NCBI GenBank assembly: GCA_964291235.2
Contig: OZ219815.1
Coordinates: 768,001 to 832,000, forward strand
Source: Vicinamibacteria bacterium
Lineage (GTDB): Bacteria > Acidobacteriota > Vicinamibacteria > Marinacidobacterales > Marinacidobacteraceae
Direction of reading: 5' to 3'
DNA: 64,000 nt
This document shows positions 39,976-50,444 of this stretch, piece by piece. Position numbers and translations under genes: made by a program. A model generated the notes under the pieces. The model was not told where the DNA came from, made no database searches, and was given only the letters and a program-made list of their open reading frames with translations. Position 1 is the first letter of the stretch. The number at the start of each line of letters is the position of its first letter.

Positions 39976-40863
39976 TCATTCGCTCCCGCTCGGCGCGGGA
40001 TAGGCGGTCAGGATCGCTCTGTCCTCGCCTCCTTCGTCAGCAACCAGAAGCGTACCGTCCGCGGTGAACGTGATGCCTTCCAGTTGACGATGCCATCCGG
40101 CAAGAAACCGCCTCGCGGCGACGACCTCTCCTTCCGGAGTGACCTCCGCGATAGCGCCCTGACGAGCCGCAACAACGAAGTAGTTCCCTGAAACAGGGTG
40201 TAGCTCGATGCCGGATGGGCGGTACCGGTTCGCGCCGATGCGCCCAGCCAACTCACGCACCGGAATGGTGGTGGGCGCGCCGTCCCGCAACCGTTTGTCC
40301 TCGACGGACCAGCGATAGATCGCCACTTGCCCCACCAAATCCGCGGTACGGGGGTCCTTGCACATCAGCAGCAGTTCCCGCGGCCTTTCGTCGTATGCCA
40401 GGCCCTCGACTTCGCAGGCCCGTCCAACACCGGTTGCGTAGACGGTGAACAGGACCGATTCGCCGTCACTCCCTTCAGGGAACTCGTACAGGCGTCCGGC
40501 GCTGCTGACCAGGTAGATCCGCCCATCAGCCACCGCGATGCCTTCGAAGTCATCCGCCACCGGACCTCCCACATCAGCCAACTGGAACTCCTTCAGGACC
40601 GAACCGGTCCGCACGTCGAGTTCGAAAATGATCCCCGCTTCATCATTGTGCGCCAGCAGGCGCTGGTCCCCGGTCCTTGCCAGACCGGAAATCTCCCGGA
40701 GCCGCCGCGGAAGTTCCCAGTGCGTCGCGTCCTCGGGTCTCAACCCGTAATTCTCAAGGGAAACTGCCGGCTGAGCTTCCGCGGATGCCGCATTGTCCGC
40801 ACGGAAGCTCCCAACGCCGAGCAGCAGGAGCAGACCGGGGACGGCTCCCGACAGGAATCTCAA
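39976..40863 (-). CDS. SdiA-regulated/YjiK-like beta-propeller protein
   Basis: Repeated EISGL, DFEGIA, EVEGLAY, PSGIE, QLEGITF blades; HNDE. Confidence 0.82.
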   Translation of the reverse strand: MRFLSGAVPGLLLLLGVGSFRADNAASAEAQPAVSLENYGLRPEDATHWELPRRLREISGLARTGDQRLLAHNDEAGIIFELDVRTGSVLKEFQLADVGGPVADDFEGIAVADGRIYLVSSAGRLYEFPEGSDGESVLFTVYATGVGRACEVEGLAYDERPRELLLMCKDPRTADLVGQVAIYRWSVEDKRLRDGAPTTIPVRELAGRIGANRYRPSGIELHPVSGNYFVVAARQGAIAEVTPEGEVVAARRFLAGWHRQLEGITFTADGTLLVADEGGEDRAILTAYPAPSGSE

Positions 40864-40882
40864 CCGGAACGCTCGCCGCGCG

Positions 40883-41587
40883 TCACGGGGTTTGGGGCTT
40901 GCCGGCCGCTTTTGACGCCTGGTCCAGTTCGTCCGGATGGACGATCCTCCACCCGGACAGCACTGCCGGCTTCGCTCCGAAATTGCTCTTCCACACCGCC
41001 AGGGTGATGACGACGAAGATCAACGACGCGAGGTAGGCGACGCTCGTCAACTGCGTGCCGGCCGCCAGGCCGATCCCGATCGCCATCAACATGTAAACGG
41101 CGTCCGTGGGTTGGTTGAGCGAAGCCCGGAAACGGACGGCGGCCACGATCCCCGCCAGGCCGAAGGCGAGGGCGACGCTGCCCTTGACCAGGAACACCAC
41201 CAAGGCGATGGCGATCGGGATCACGAGCAGGGTGTGCGCGAAGGACTGGCTGTACTTCTTTTTCTGGTGGGTCCAGCGATACACCCAGGTGATCGGGAGC
41301 GTCACGCCGAAGGCGAGGGTCAGGGCGACGACCACCGGGACCGTGTGCGACGGGTCGATCAACAGGTTGACGCCCTCTTGGTCGGCCAACTGGCCGAGTC
41401 CCCTCTGGATGTCCTCGAACACCGCCGAAACGTCCGCTCCGGCGTCGGACAGCGTCCCGATGAAGAAGCGGTCCCGCTCCTGGGAGATGTAGTAGCGCAT
41501 TCGGGGGAAGAGATGGAACGCGCCGGCGAGAAGCCCGAGCCAGGACAGGTAGTAGATCGCGAGCCGGACGAGAATGTTGTTGAGCAT
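40883..41587 (-). CDS. DUF4956-family membrane protein
   Basis: SVALAFGLAGIVAAVRFR...DAVY...IGIGLAAG signature. Confidence 0.85.
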   Translation of the reverse strand: MLNNILVRLAIYYLSWLGLLAGAFHLFPRMRYYISQERDRFFIGTLSDAGADVSAVFEDIQRGLGQLADQEGVNLLIDPSHTVPVVVALTLAFGVTLPITWVYRWTHQKKKYSQSFAHTLLVIPIAIALVVFLVKGSVALAFGLAGIVAAVRFRASLNQPTDAVYMLMAIGIGLAAGTQLTSVAYLASLIFVVITLAVWKSNFGAKPAVLSGWRIVHPDELDQASKAAGKPQTP

Positions 41588-41606
41588 GCGCCTTCTCCTG
41601 TCTTCG

Positions 41607-44396
41607 CTAGAACATGTAGCCGGCGCGGAAATACAGGCCCGTCATGTCGCGCCCCTTCATGATGGCGACGCTGATGGTCGTGCGGCGCTCCAGCAGCGAC
41701 AGCCAGAACCCCCCGCCCGTGCCGTTGTGCCAGTCGTCGGCACCGACCGGATCTCCGGCGAAGAAGACGCGGCCGACGTCGGCGGCCCCGAACAGGCCGA
41801 ATTCCCCGGGCACCAGGACGTTGATCCGGGCGAGCGCCAGTCGCAGTTCGGCGTTCCCGTAGAGCGAGGCGTCCCCCGCGAAACGATTCTTGTGGAAGCC
41901 GCGCAGCGGACCGTCCGCCTGGCCCAGTCCCGCGCGGCCGGGACCCCCCAGGAAGGCGCTTTCGTGAAAGGGGTAGGTTCCCCACACCTTCTTGCCGCCC
42001 GCTCTCAGGGCCAGCGTCGGGTTGGTCGGGATGTGCGCCGTCAGGTAGGTGCGGGCTTCGACATCCACGTTTCCGAAGGGCGACTGCACGTCCCAGACAC
42101 CGGGATAGGCGGCGGCCGACACCCTGGCGAGCAACCCCCGGGTTGCGTACGCCGGATTGTCGCGGTTGTCGTACTCGATTTCGCCGCGCACTCCGATCTG
42201 GCCGAAGGTACCCGTGCCGTACAGGGGTTCATCCAGGGAACCGATGAAAAAGTCCCGGTTCGACTCCGTGGGCGTGTTCGACCACTCGATGACCGGTCCG
42301 AGGCTGACCGTGAGTTCCGAGCGCAGCGGCATCGTGCCATCCCCGGTCGCATCCACATCCTCCGTTCCCTTTCGAAACTCGAGAGCCGGAGCCACAACGA
42401 GGTTCCGTTGCTCCACCTTGTAGTACGAGGACGGTTTCTCGAGCCGGAAGTCGTTGCCGAAACCCTTGAAGCGGGTCACCTCGAATCCCGAGTACTCGAG
42501 GGCCAGCCGGGCGTCGATACCGGGCCGGACGTGGCGAAAGGTGCCAACGTACGACAGGAAGGGCTTGAAGCCCCGGCTGGCCAGCCCGACGTCGAAATAG
42601 TGCCGGGTGGCGAACGGGTCCTTCCGGAATCCGAAGTACTTCCGGCTGTGGATCACCCGCGTGAACACACCCAGATCGGGGTCCGCCCAGACGATGGGAC
42701 GGGTGCCCGATTGCATGCCCCAGTCCAGGGCGTAGCGCGACCTGACGACCGTGCTCGGAGGACGCTGATAGGGGCGTTCGTCCACGCGGGCTCCCCTGCC
42801 CCTGACGAATTCGTTGTTGCCGCGAAAGTCATGGAAATGGGTCTTTGAGGCACCGGCGTCCGATGCGTTCGTGAAGGTGTCACTCCCGCCGCCACCGTCC
42901 ACGCGCACCGCAATCCGTCCGTCGCCGCCCGTTATCTCCGCGCGGTCGCTCCCGCCGCGGAGGTAGATCCGGACTTCCCGGGTCTCTTCGTGCCGGAAGG
43001 TCCGCTCGAACCAGGGCGGCTCCGGATCTTCGTCGGAATCGTCGGCGAAACCGATCCGGACCGCGAGGTCCCCGCCCGGCAGGTGCTCGGCGTGGACGTA
43101 CTCATCCTCGTCGGTGGCCTGGATCTCGACCTGGCGGGTGATCAGTTCGTAGTAGCGGGTGACGAACTCCGGCAGCGCGTCGCGCCGCGCCTTGAGCGCC
43201 TCCGCGATGTCTTCCCCGACGAGTTCGTAGTACGGCTCCGGAAGCCGTCTTGCCGCGGCCTCGATGACGGGGTCCGGCAGGCCGGCGCGAAACGACTCCA
43301 CCACCTCGTCCCACGCCGGCTTGTCGAGCCCGGCGAGGAACTCGCGGTCCAGCTCCCAGCCGGTGATCGTCAGCCCCACCAGGCTCGGATACGTGTCCTC
43401 GAACTTGATCGCCCTCGGGAGCGCCGTCCGCACCAGCATCATGGCGACCCCGCCGTAGTGGATGAAGGCCTGGTCGCGGTCCTCCGGTATCGGGACCCAG
43501 GTGTGACAGTCGCCGTCGGGGAACCGCGCCCAGCGCCACTGGCCCGAATGACGGTCCTTGTCGTTGATGAGCAGGTCCATCAATCGCGCCTTGAGAAAGG
43601 CGCGGGCGTCAATCCGGTCGCAGCGGTTTTCTTCCAGGTCCTCCCACACGGTCTCCGTTCCGCTGACCTTCCGCGAGCCGGCGAACCCGGGGGTGTCGTC
43701 GGGACCCTCGGAGGGATGCTCCTGCAAGGTACCGATCAGGCCGGCGAACTCTTCGCGGTATTCGCCGAGCCGGGGATCGTCGGGAATCACCACCAGCGTG
43801 TGCTTCGAATGGAGGATGCCGGTGGCTTCCATGAGCGGATCGACCACCAGCGCCGCGGCGGGCAGCAGCGTGCTGATCAGGTCCTGGAGCACCTCCCCCA
43901 CGATCGTGTTCTTGATGTCGTCGGCCAGCCTCTTGGTGGGGTCCTTGTCGAGGGACCGAACCGTGTAGCGGCGGCCGTCCTCGCCGGTGAAGTGGAGCGA
44001 GACGGACTGCCCGAACCCGCCGGTCCGCAGCGGCGTCAGGCCGCCGCCGACGGCGCCGAGGTCAAGGACCGCGACCTCGATGGGCGTCGTCCAGAGATCG
44101 CGGTAGTTGTCGCCGTAGAACCAGCGCTTGGAGGGGCTGGCCCGGAACCTCTCTCCCGGCACCACCGAGTGCGTCTTTGCGCCCGGGGGAGGAATGGACC
44201 GCAGAATCCTGGGACCCTGGGTGGGCTGATGCTCCTGAGCCGGCGCAGGTGGAGCGGTGGACGGGATCAGCGCCAGAGAAGCGGCAAGCGCCACCCACCT
44301 GCGGGTGTTCCCCAGCCGGACTCGGACTGCCGCAATCGGAGGGATGTTGCGCGTCAAGGTTTCTCCCGGCATCGGAAGCAGGGCCGTGGTGCGCAT
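41607..44396 (-). CDS. Atypical kinase-like (CotH/HipA-like) domain fused to a BamA/TamA-type outer-membrane barrel
   Basis: GGFGQS loop, RSLDKD, DRHSGQWRW, DRDQAF in the N-half; EYDNRDN, LGG...LRGF..NRFAGD, ELR, D.GRVF and terminal GYMF in the C-half. Confidence 0.75.
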   Translation of the reverse strand: MRTTALLPMPGETLTRNIPPIAAVRVRLGNTRRWVALAASLALIPSTAPPAPAQEHQPTQGPRILRSIPPPGAKTHSVVPGERFRASPSKRWFYGDNYRDLWTTPIEVAVLDLGAVGGGLTPLRTGGFGQSVSLHFTGEDGRRYTVRSLDKDPTKRLADDIKNTIVGEVLQDLISTLLPAAALVVDPLMEATGILHSKHTLVVIPDDPRLGEYREEFAGLIGTLQEHPSEGPDDTPGFAGSRKVSGTETVWEDLEENRCDRIDARAFLKARLMDLLINDKDRHSGQWRWARFPDGDCHTWVPIPEDRDQAFIHYGGVAMMLVRTALPRAIKFEDTYPSLVGLTITGWELDREFLAGLDKPAWDEVVESFRAGLPDPVIEAAARRLPEPYYELVGEDIAEALKARRDALPEFVTRYYELITRQVEIQATDEDEYVHAEHLPGGDLAVRIGFADDSDEDPEPPWFERTFRHEETREVRIYLRGGSDRAEITGGDGRIAVRVDGGGGSDTFTNASDAGASKTHFHDFRGNNEFVRGRGARVDERPYQRPPSTVVRSRYALDWGMQSGTRPIVWADPDLGVFTRVIHSRKYFGFRKDPFATRHYFDVGLASRGFKPFLSYVGTFRHVRPGIDARLALEYSGFEVTRFKGFGNDFRLEKPSSYYKVEQRNLVVAPALEFRKGTEDVDATGDGTMPLRSELTVSLGPVIEWSNTPTESNRDFFIGSLDEPLYGTGTFGQIGVRGEIEYDNRDNPAYATRGLLARVSAAAYPGVWDVQSPFGNVDVEARTYLTAHIPTNPTLALRAGGKKVWGTYPFHESAFLGGPGRAGLGQADGPLRGFHKNRFAGDASLYGNAELRLALARINVLVPGEFGLFGAADVGRVFFAGDPVGADDWHNGTGGGFWLSLLERRTTISVAIMKGRDMTGLYFRAGYMF

Positions 44397-44773
44397 ACGC
44401 CGGGTTGCGGAGGGAGTCCGCGAACGGGATCAGTCTACCGGACGTAAGTGACACGTATTGCAGTCCGATATGCAATGCTCGGGCCTTGCGCCCTTACTCG
44501 TCCGAGTTCTGCCCCGATCCGGAAGACGGGCGACAATTGGCGCGGTTGCCGGACCCGGCGCCGGGCGGCGCCTTCCTCGCCCGTCGTGTGGTAGCGGTCC
44601 CCGGAGCAGGGCGGCAGTTGGGCCTACACTGCCAACGAAACACTGTTCGCCTGGTGGCTTGGCCCGCCGACCGGATCCGCCGGTTTCGCACTCGCGAACC
44701 CGACGGTGCGGAGGCGATTGCGGTGTTTTTCGATCCAATACGAATCCACCTCAAAAGTGACAGTGCAGACGAC

Positions 44774-45925
44774 ATGCAGACCCGCGCTTTCTTGACCGCG
44801 GCCACGACCGCCGCACTCGCGTTGACCGCGTGCGGCGGGACAGCGGGCCGCCGGATCACGGAATTCATGCGCTCCGGGCCGCCTCCGCTGCCGGCCGACA
44901 CTCGGACCGTGGTCGCGGTTACCGAAACCCCGCCGGTGACGGACCCCGGCGACGCCGCGGACGACCCGGCGATCTGGGTCAACACGGCGGACCCGTCGGC
45001 CAGCCTGGTCGTGGCGACCAACAAGCTGCGCGGCCTGCTCGTTTACGGCATCGACGGCGAACTCGTGTCCTCGAGCGATGTCGGTGAGGTCAACAACGTC
45101 GATCTGCGAGTCGGCGGGACCGGCGAGGAGGCGGTGATTGTCGTGTCGGCCACGAACCGCGCCGGTCGGACAATCGACGTCTTCGGCCTCGATCCCGGGA
45201 CGGGAAACCTGTTCCCCCTGCTGAACGCTCCGATCACGCCCGACTTTACGGAAGACCCCTACGGCCTGTGCATGTACCAGAGTGCCGTGAATGGAGATCT
45301 GTACGTCTTCGCCATCGGTTTTGATGGGACCGTCGAGCAATGGCGGCTGGATGGCGGCACGGACAACGGGTGGACCGGAACGCTGGTGCGGTCCTGGGAG
45401 ATCGGCAGCAAGACCGAGGGGTGTGTTGCCGATGACGCCAACGGCTGGCTGTTCGTTGGCGAAGAAGAAGTGGGCATCTGGCGTTATGACGCCGAGCCCG
45501 ATACGGGGACGGCCGGGCGTACGGAAGTGGACCGGGTCGGGGTGGACCGGGCCGGCGGCGGACGTCTGGCCGCCTCCGTCGAAGGGGTGACCCTCTACGC
45601 GCCGCCGGGCGGCGACCCGCTCACTGGCTACTTGGTGGCGTCGAGTCAGGGGAACAACACCTACGTCGTCTACGACCGGGCGCCGCCGCACGCTTACCGC
45701 GGAACATTCCGCGTGGGAGATGGCGCGGGAACGGTCGACGGAACGGAGGACACGGACGGAGTGGATGTCGTGGCGACACCACTTGGGCCGAACTACCCGG
45801 CGGGACTGATCGTGGTGCAGGACGGCATCAACGTGGCTCCGGACGGGTCCGAGGCCAACCAGAACTTCAAGTTCGTATCCTGGCGCGACGTGGCCGAGGC
45901 ACTCGATCTGGTTCCCGGATCCTGA
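44774..45925 (+). CDS. Beta-propeller phytase (3-phytase), lipoprotein
   Basis: Lipobox LTAC; DAADDPAIW, NNVDLR, YGLCMY, EGCVADD, SSQG, NQNFK. Confidence 0.94.
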   Translation: MQTRAFLTAATTAALALTACGGTAGRRITEFMRSGPPPLPADTRTVVAVTETPPVTDPGDAADDPAIWVNTADPSASLVVATNKLRGLLVYGIDGELVSSSDVGEVNNVDLRVGGTGEEAVIVVSATNRAGRTIDVFGLDPGTGNLFPLLNAPITPDFTEDPYGLCMYQSAVNGDLYVFAIGFDGTVEQWRLDGGTDNGWTGTLVRSWEIGSKTEGCVADDANGWLFVGEEEVGIWRYDAEPDTGTAGRTEVDRVGVDRAGGGRLAASVEGVTLYAPPGGDPLTGYLVASSQGNNTYVVYDRAPPHAYRGTFRVGDGAGTVDGTEDTDGVDVVATPLGPNYPAGLIVVQDGINVAPDGSEANQNFKFVSWRDVAEALDLVPGS

Positions 45926-45946
45926 AATCCGCGGAGACGCAACCGT

Positions 45947-48900
45947 CTATTCGCCTTCGGGCAATGCGTCGATCCGCCACCTGCCATCGCTCTGTTTCGT
46001 AGCCGCGAACCCGTTCAGTTTCAGGCTGCCATCGACACACAGGACTTCGTAACAGCCTTCGCCGTCCTCGTTGACCCGGAACCGATTGTCGGTGAGGCTG
46101 AAGCCGGGAATGACGACCGTGCAGAACTCACCGGGGCTCAACAACTGGCCCACCGTGCAGGCGGGGCCCGTAAGCCCGACTTCGACCTTGACGCCGGCCG
46201 AACAGTTGTCGCCGGTGTCGCTCTCACCGCTCACGGCATCAACGCACGCGCCGTAGTAGTAGGTTCCCTCCGCACCTGGCGCCCTCAGCAGAACCGACGC
46301 CGTCACGCTGCTGCCGGCTGCCAGCGCCTCCAGGGAAGTGGTCTCTACCTCCGTATCGCTGGTCGAGATCGTCGAGTCCGACGAGCGGTAGTAGCGCAGC
46401 GTCGTCGAACCGGACGGACCGGTTCCCTCGTTCCGGACGGTGGCCGACAGCGTGAAGAAACCATCCGCAACCACCTTCGTCCGGCTGACCTCGGGAGATT
46501 CGGCGACGAGGTTCGGCTCTCCGCCGCCCGACTCCACGGTAAGCGAAACACCGAGCGAGCAGTTGTTGCCGGTGTCGCTCTCCCGGCTCACCGGCTCCAC
46601 GCACGCGCCGTAGTAATACGTCCCTGAAGAGTTCGGCGCCGTCAACCGAATCGACTCCGAGCCGCTCCTGCCCGCTGACAGCCCGAAAACGGAGTCCGTG
46701 CCCTCCTCCGTGTCTCCCGTCGATATCGTCGAGTCCCGCGAGCGGTAGTAGCGGAGCGTCGTTGACGCCGACCGCGTGCCGCCCTGGTTCCGGACGGTGG
46801 CCGACAGCGTGAAGCCCGCGCCCGGAATCACCGTGCTGTCGCTCACGTCGGGAGACTCGACGACCAGGTCCGGCCCGGCGACGGCCTCCACGGTGAGCGG
46901 CACGCCGGACGAGCAGTTGTTGCCCGTGTCGCTCTCCCCGTCCACCGGTTCGACGCAGGCGCCGTAGTAGTACGTTCCGGATGTGTCCGGCGCCCTCAGC
47001 CGAATCGACTCCGACCCGCTCCTGCCCGCTGACAGCCGGAAGACGGAATCCGTGCCCTCCTCCGTGTCCCCCGTCGATATCGTGGAGTCCGACGAACGGT
47101 AGTAGCGCAACGTCGTCGAGGTCGACCGAGTGCCACCCTGGTTGCGGACGATTGCCGACAGCCTGAAGGACGCGCCCACCGCCACCGTACTGCTGCTGAC
47201 CTCCGGAGACTCGACGATCAGGTCCCGCCCGGCGACCGACTCCACCTCAAGCGACACGCCGGACGAACAGTTGTTGCCCGTGTCGCTCTCCCCGCTCACC
47301 GGATCGACGCAGGCACCGTAGTAGTACGTCCCGGGTGCGTCCGGCGCCGTCAACCGAATCGACTCCAGCCCGGTCGCACCAGCAGACAGTCGGGAAACGA
47401 GGTCCGTCCCCACCTCCGTGTCCCCCGTCGATATCGCCGGGTCCGACGAGCGGTAGTAGTGCAGCGTCGTCGATTCGGACCGGCCGCCGCCCTGGTTCCG
47501 GACGCTGGCCGAAAGCGTGAAGGACCCTTCCGGAACCACCGTATTGCTGCTGACTCCGGGGGATTCGACGACCAGGTCCGGGACTGTTACGCCGCCTGAC
47601 TCCACGACCAGCGGCACGCCGGACGAGCAGTTGTTACCCGTGTCGCTCTCCCCGCTCACCGGCTCCACGCAGGCGCCGTAGTAATACATCCCGGGTGCGT
47701 CCGGAGCCGTGAGCCGAGTCGACTCCAGCCCGGTCGCACCAGCAGACAGTCGGGAAACGAGATCCGTGCCCTCCTCCGTGTCCCCCGTCGATATCGCCGG
47801 GTCGGACGAGCGGTAGTAGTGCAGCGTCGTCGATTCGGACCGGCCGCCGCCCTGGTTCCGGACGCTGGCCGAAAGCGTGAAGCCCCGACCCGGAATCACC
47901 GCAGTGTCGCTCACGTTGGGAGATTCAACGACCAGGTCCGGCCCGGGGACCGCCTCCACGACCAGCGGCACGCCGGCCGAGCAGTTGTTGCCCGTGTCGC
48001 TCTCCCCGCTCACCGGCTCCACACAGGCGCCGTAGTAGTACGTCCCGGGTGCGTCCGGCGCCGTCAACCGAATCGACTCCGACCCGCTCCTTCCCGCCGA
48101 CAGCCCGAAGACGGAGTCCGTGCCCTCCTCCGTATCGCCCGTCGATATTGTCGGGTCCGACGAGCGGTAGTAGCGCAGCGTCGTCGACTCGGACGGGTCG
48201 GCACCCTGGTTGCGCACCGTGGCAGACAGCCTGAACGACCCCTCCGGAACCACCGTACTGCTGCTGACCCCGGGAGACTCGACGACCAGGTCCGGCCCCG
48301 CGCCGCCACCCTCGGGAAGGGCGTCGATCCGCCACGCGCCGCTACTCTGCCTGCTGGCTCTGAACCCGTCCAGGGGCAGGCTGTCACTGGAACAGGTGGT
48401 TCCGTAACAGCCGCGGCCGTCCGAGGTGACCTGAAACCAATGGTCCGGGACGCTGTCGCCAGGAATAGCGACCGTGCACGACTCGCCGACACCCACCACC
48501 AGCCCCACCCTGCACGCCGGGCGGCTGCCACCGGCATCGCCCAGGCGGACTCTGGCGATTGTCCGCTGGGTGGCGAACCGGCCTTCGGGGTCGGTGGCCG
48601 TAACCGTAACGATCGCTGACCCGTCACTGACGGGGCGGAGCGTCATGATGCTGCCCGAGACGCTGGCCAACACGACCTGGACCGCAGCGGAGACCACCGA
48701 GTACCTCAGCGCGTCGCCATCCGGATCCTCAAAGTACGGCGCTACGTCCACCCTCACCGCGCCTTCTCCCACGGTCAGTTGCTGCAAGGGAATTATTCCG
48801 AGAGGGGACGGGGCGCGGTTTTTCTCCTCCTCCTGCCCCAGCGACAACAGGGGAGACGTGAGGAGGGGAATGCTGCCGTCCGTGCAACCCGAGGCCTGGA

Positions 48901-48979
48901 ACAGGCCAAGGAGAAGGAGCGCGTAACCGGTGCCGGGTCGGCAATCAGTCAGCCTGTGCATTCCCTTGGTATCCGCCAT
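45947..48979 (-). CDS. Surface lipoprotein with a cadherin/Ig-like domain, six CARDB-like repeats and two Cys-rich modules
   Basis: ASGC lipobox; FEDPDGDALRY; six ~120-aa repeats (P/R)(D/N)L..ESP...YYYGACV..VSGESDTGNNCS. Confidence 0.85.
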   Translation of the reverse strand: MADTKGMHRLTDCRPGTGYALLLLGLFQASGCTDGSIPLLTSPLLSLGQEEEKNRAPSPLGIIPLQQLTVGEGAVRVDVAPYFEDPDGDALRYSVVSAAVQVVLASVSGSIMTLRPVSDGSAIVTVTATDPEGRFATQRTIARVRLGDAGGSRPACRVGLVVGVGESCTVAIPGDSVPDHWFQVTSDGRGCYGTTCSSDSLPLDGFRASRQSSGAWRIDALPEGGGAGPDLVVESPGVSSSTVVPEGSFRLSATVRNQGADPSESTTLRYYRSSDPTISTGDTEEGTDSVFGLSAGRSGSESIRLTAPDAPGTYYYGACVEPVSGESDTGNNCSAGVPLVVEAVPGPDLVVESPNVSDTAVIPGRGFTLSASVRNQGGGRSESTTLHYYRSSDPAISTGDTEEGTDLVSRLSAGATGLESTRLTAPDAPGMYYYGACVEPVSGESDTGNNCSSGVPLVVESGGVTVPDLVVESPGVSSNTVVPEGSFTLSASVRNQGGGRSESTTLHYYRSSDPAISTGDTEVGTDLVSRLSAGATGLESIRLTAPDAPGTYYYGACVDPVSGESDTGNNCSSGVSLEVESVAGRDLIVESPEVSSSTVAVGASFRLSAIVRNQGGTRSTSTTLRYYRSSDSTISTGDTEEGTDSVFRLSAGRSGSESIRLRAPDTSGTYYYGACVEPVDGESDTGNNCSSGVPLTVEAVAGPDLVVESPDVSDSTVIPGAGFTLSATVRNQGGTRSASTTLRYYRSRDSTISTGDTEEGTDSVFGLSAGRSGSESIRLTAPNSSGTYYYGACVEPVSRESDTGNNCSLGVSLTVESGGGEPNLVAESPEVSRTKVVADGFFTLSATVRNEGTGPSGSTTLRYYRSSDSTISTSDTEVETTSLEALAAGSSVTASVLLRAPGAEGTYYYGACVDAVSGESDTGDNCSAGVKVEVGLTGPACTVGQLLSPGEFCTVVIPGFSLTDNRFRVNEDGEGCYEVLCVDGSLKLNGFAATKQSDGRWRIDALPEGE

Positions 48980-49340
48980 CGCATCACCCTTCAAGGCGGT
49001 GAATGCAAGTCGTGTGCTGTCCCGCCAAACAAAGTCGGCGCGCCGGACCGGGCGACGATCCGGCGGGACGAACATGCTGACGGAGCTGGATCGTTCAGCC
49101 TTCGGCAGGGCGGCCGCGACAGCGTCCCCAAGACGCGTGGTGCGCCGACAGGCCCAAGGGATCCATTACCGCCAGGCCGAGGAGCGATCCCGTGAGGCCC
49201 AAGCAAGCGGCTCCTTCCTCCGCGAACACGAGATGCGGAGTCGGTGAGTAGTCTGGTACCAGCATCTGCCCGGCGCCAAGGTCGCTGTCCTCTCAGCAGG
49301 CCGCGGCTCGCGCGCGCCTGCTCCGGGCGGTCCCGGCGGG

Positions 49341-50444
49341 TCAGCGCGCGCGGCGCGAGACGGCGCCCTCCTCGCCGGTCGTGTGGTAGCTGTCGCCGTA
49401 GTACTTGCTGGTGATGCGGGTGTGGAAGTCCTCGGCGCGGACCGGGGGATAGAGCGGCGCGCCCTGATTCGGGAGGACTTCGAGGAGCTCGTCCTCCCAG
49501 ACGTAGATCGCCATGGGGAACGAGGTCCGCGGCCGGGACCGGGCGGCGGGATCCCGGGGGGCGCTCACCCGGTGGGTGGTGGATGGCAGGCGGTTGTTGG
49601 TGATCCGCTGCATGTAGTCGCCGGTGTTCAGCACGATGGTGCCCGGCGGCGCGGCCACCCGCACCCACTTCATGGTCTTCCGGTGGAGGAGCTGTAACCC
49701 TTCCGTTTCCGCGGCGGGAAGGATGGTGAAGAGGTCCACGTCCTCGTGGCCGAGCATCCTGCCGGTGGTCGTTTCCGGGACATCGGCCATGGGCGGGTAG
49801 TAGTTCAGCCGGAAGCCGAAGTTGGTCGCGGTGAGGCGCTCGTCGAAGAGCGCGGGATCCTCACCCAGATAGGCGAGGACAGACCGCATGATCGGCTGGA
49901 TCAGTCGCTGGTGGGCCTCGACCACCTGCCGGAAGAACGGCTCCCAACCGGAAGAGGGCCAGAAGGCGGCCTCCTCCCAGTCCGGGTTTTCCCCGAGATC
50001 GAACGCCCGCCGGCAGAAGACCCAGCCTTCCACGAGGTCCGGATGGATGACCGTGGTCTCGCGCATCGGGAAGTAGCCCTGGTTCACCGAGCCCTGCCGG
50101 TGCGCCCGGTAGCGCAGCTTCTCCTCGAGCGCGTGGCCCTCGAAGAACTCCCGGGTCCGGCGGTGAGCCTCCCCGTAGAGCGCCGGATCCACCCCGTGAC
50201 CGGTGAGGATCGCGAACCCGGTGTCCTCGAGCGATTCGCCGAGGTCCGTGATGAACCGCTCCCGCGCGGCGCCCTCCGGCGACGCAAGCAGCGAGAGATC
50301 GCACGGCTTCAGGACGAAATCCTCGTCGAACTCCTCCTCGGCGCCCTCCGCCAGCCGGTAGCGCTGGAGTTTCGCGACCTGCTCGTAGGCGCGCAGCTCC
50401 TGATTGAACTCCGCCGGCGCCTCGGTGGAACGGAAGGTGTTCAC
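49341..50444 (-). CDS. Isopenicillin N synthase-family 2OG-Fe(II) dioxygenase
   Basis: GFAILTGHGV, RLNYYP, HED, THRV, RTS. Confidence 0.9.
   Translation of the reverse strand: MNTFRSTEAPAEFNQELRAYEQVAKLQRYRLAEGAEEEFDEDFVLKPCDLSLLASPEGAARERFITDLGESLEDTGFAILTGHGVDPALYGEAHRRTREFFEGHALEEKLRYRAHRQGSVNQGYFPMRETTVIHPDLVEGWVFCRRAFDLGENPDWEEAAFWPSSGWEPFFRQVVEAHQRLIQPIMRSVLAYLGEDPALFDERLTATNFGFRLNYYPPMADVPETTTGRMLGHEDVDLFTILPAAETEGLQLLHRKTMKWVRVAAPPGTIVLNTGDYMQRITNNRLPSTTHRVSAPRDPAARSRPRTSFPMAIYVWEDELLEVLPNQGAPLYPPVRAEDFHTRITSKYYGDSYHTTGEEGAVSRRAR

Noticed and set aside
44445-44480. Possible Pho box upstream of the kinase-barrel operon
   Set aside because: The TGCA/GTCA half-sites are spaced 12 and 10 nt apart with a poor match to the consensus; not supportable by eye.
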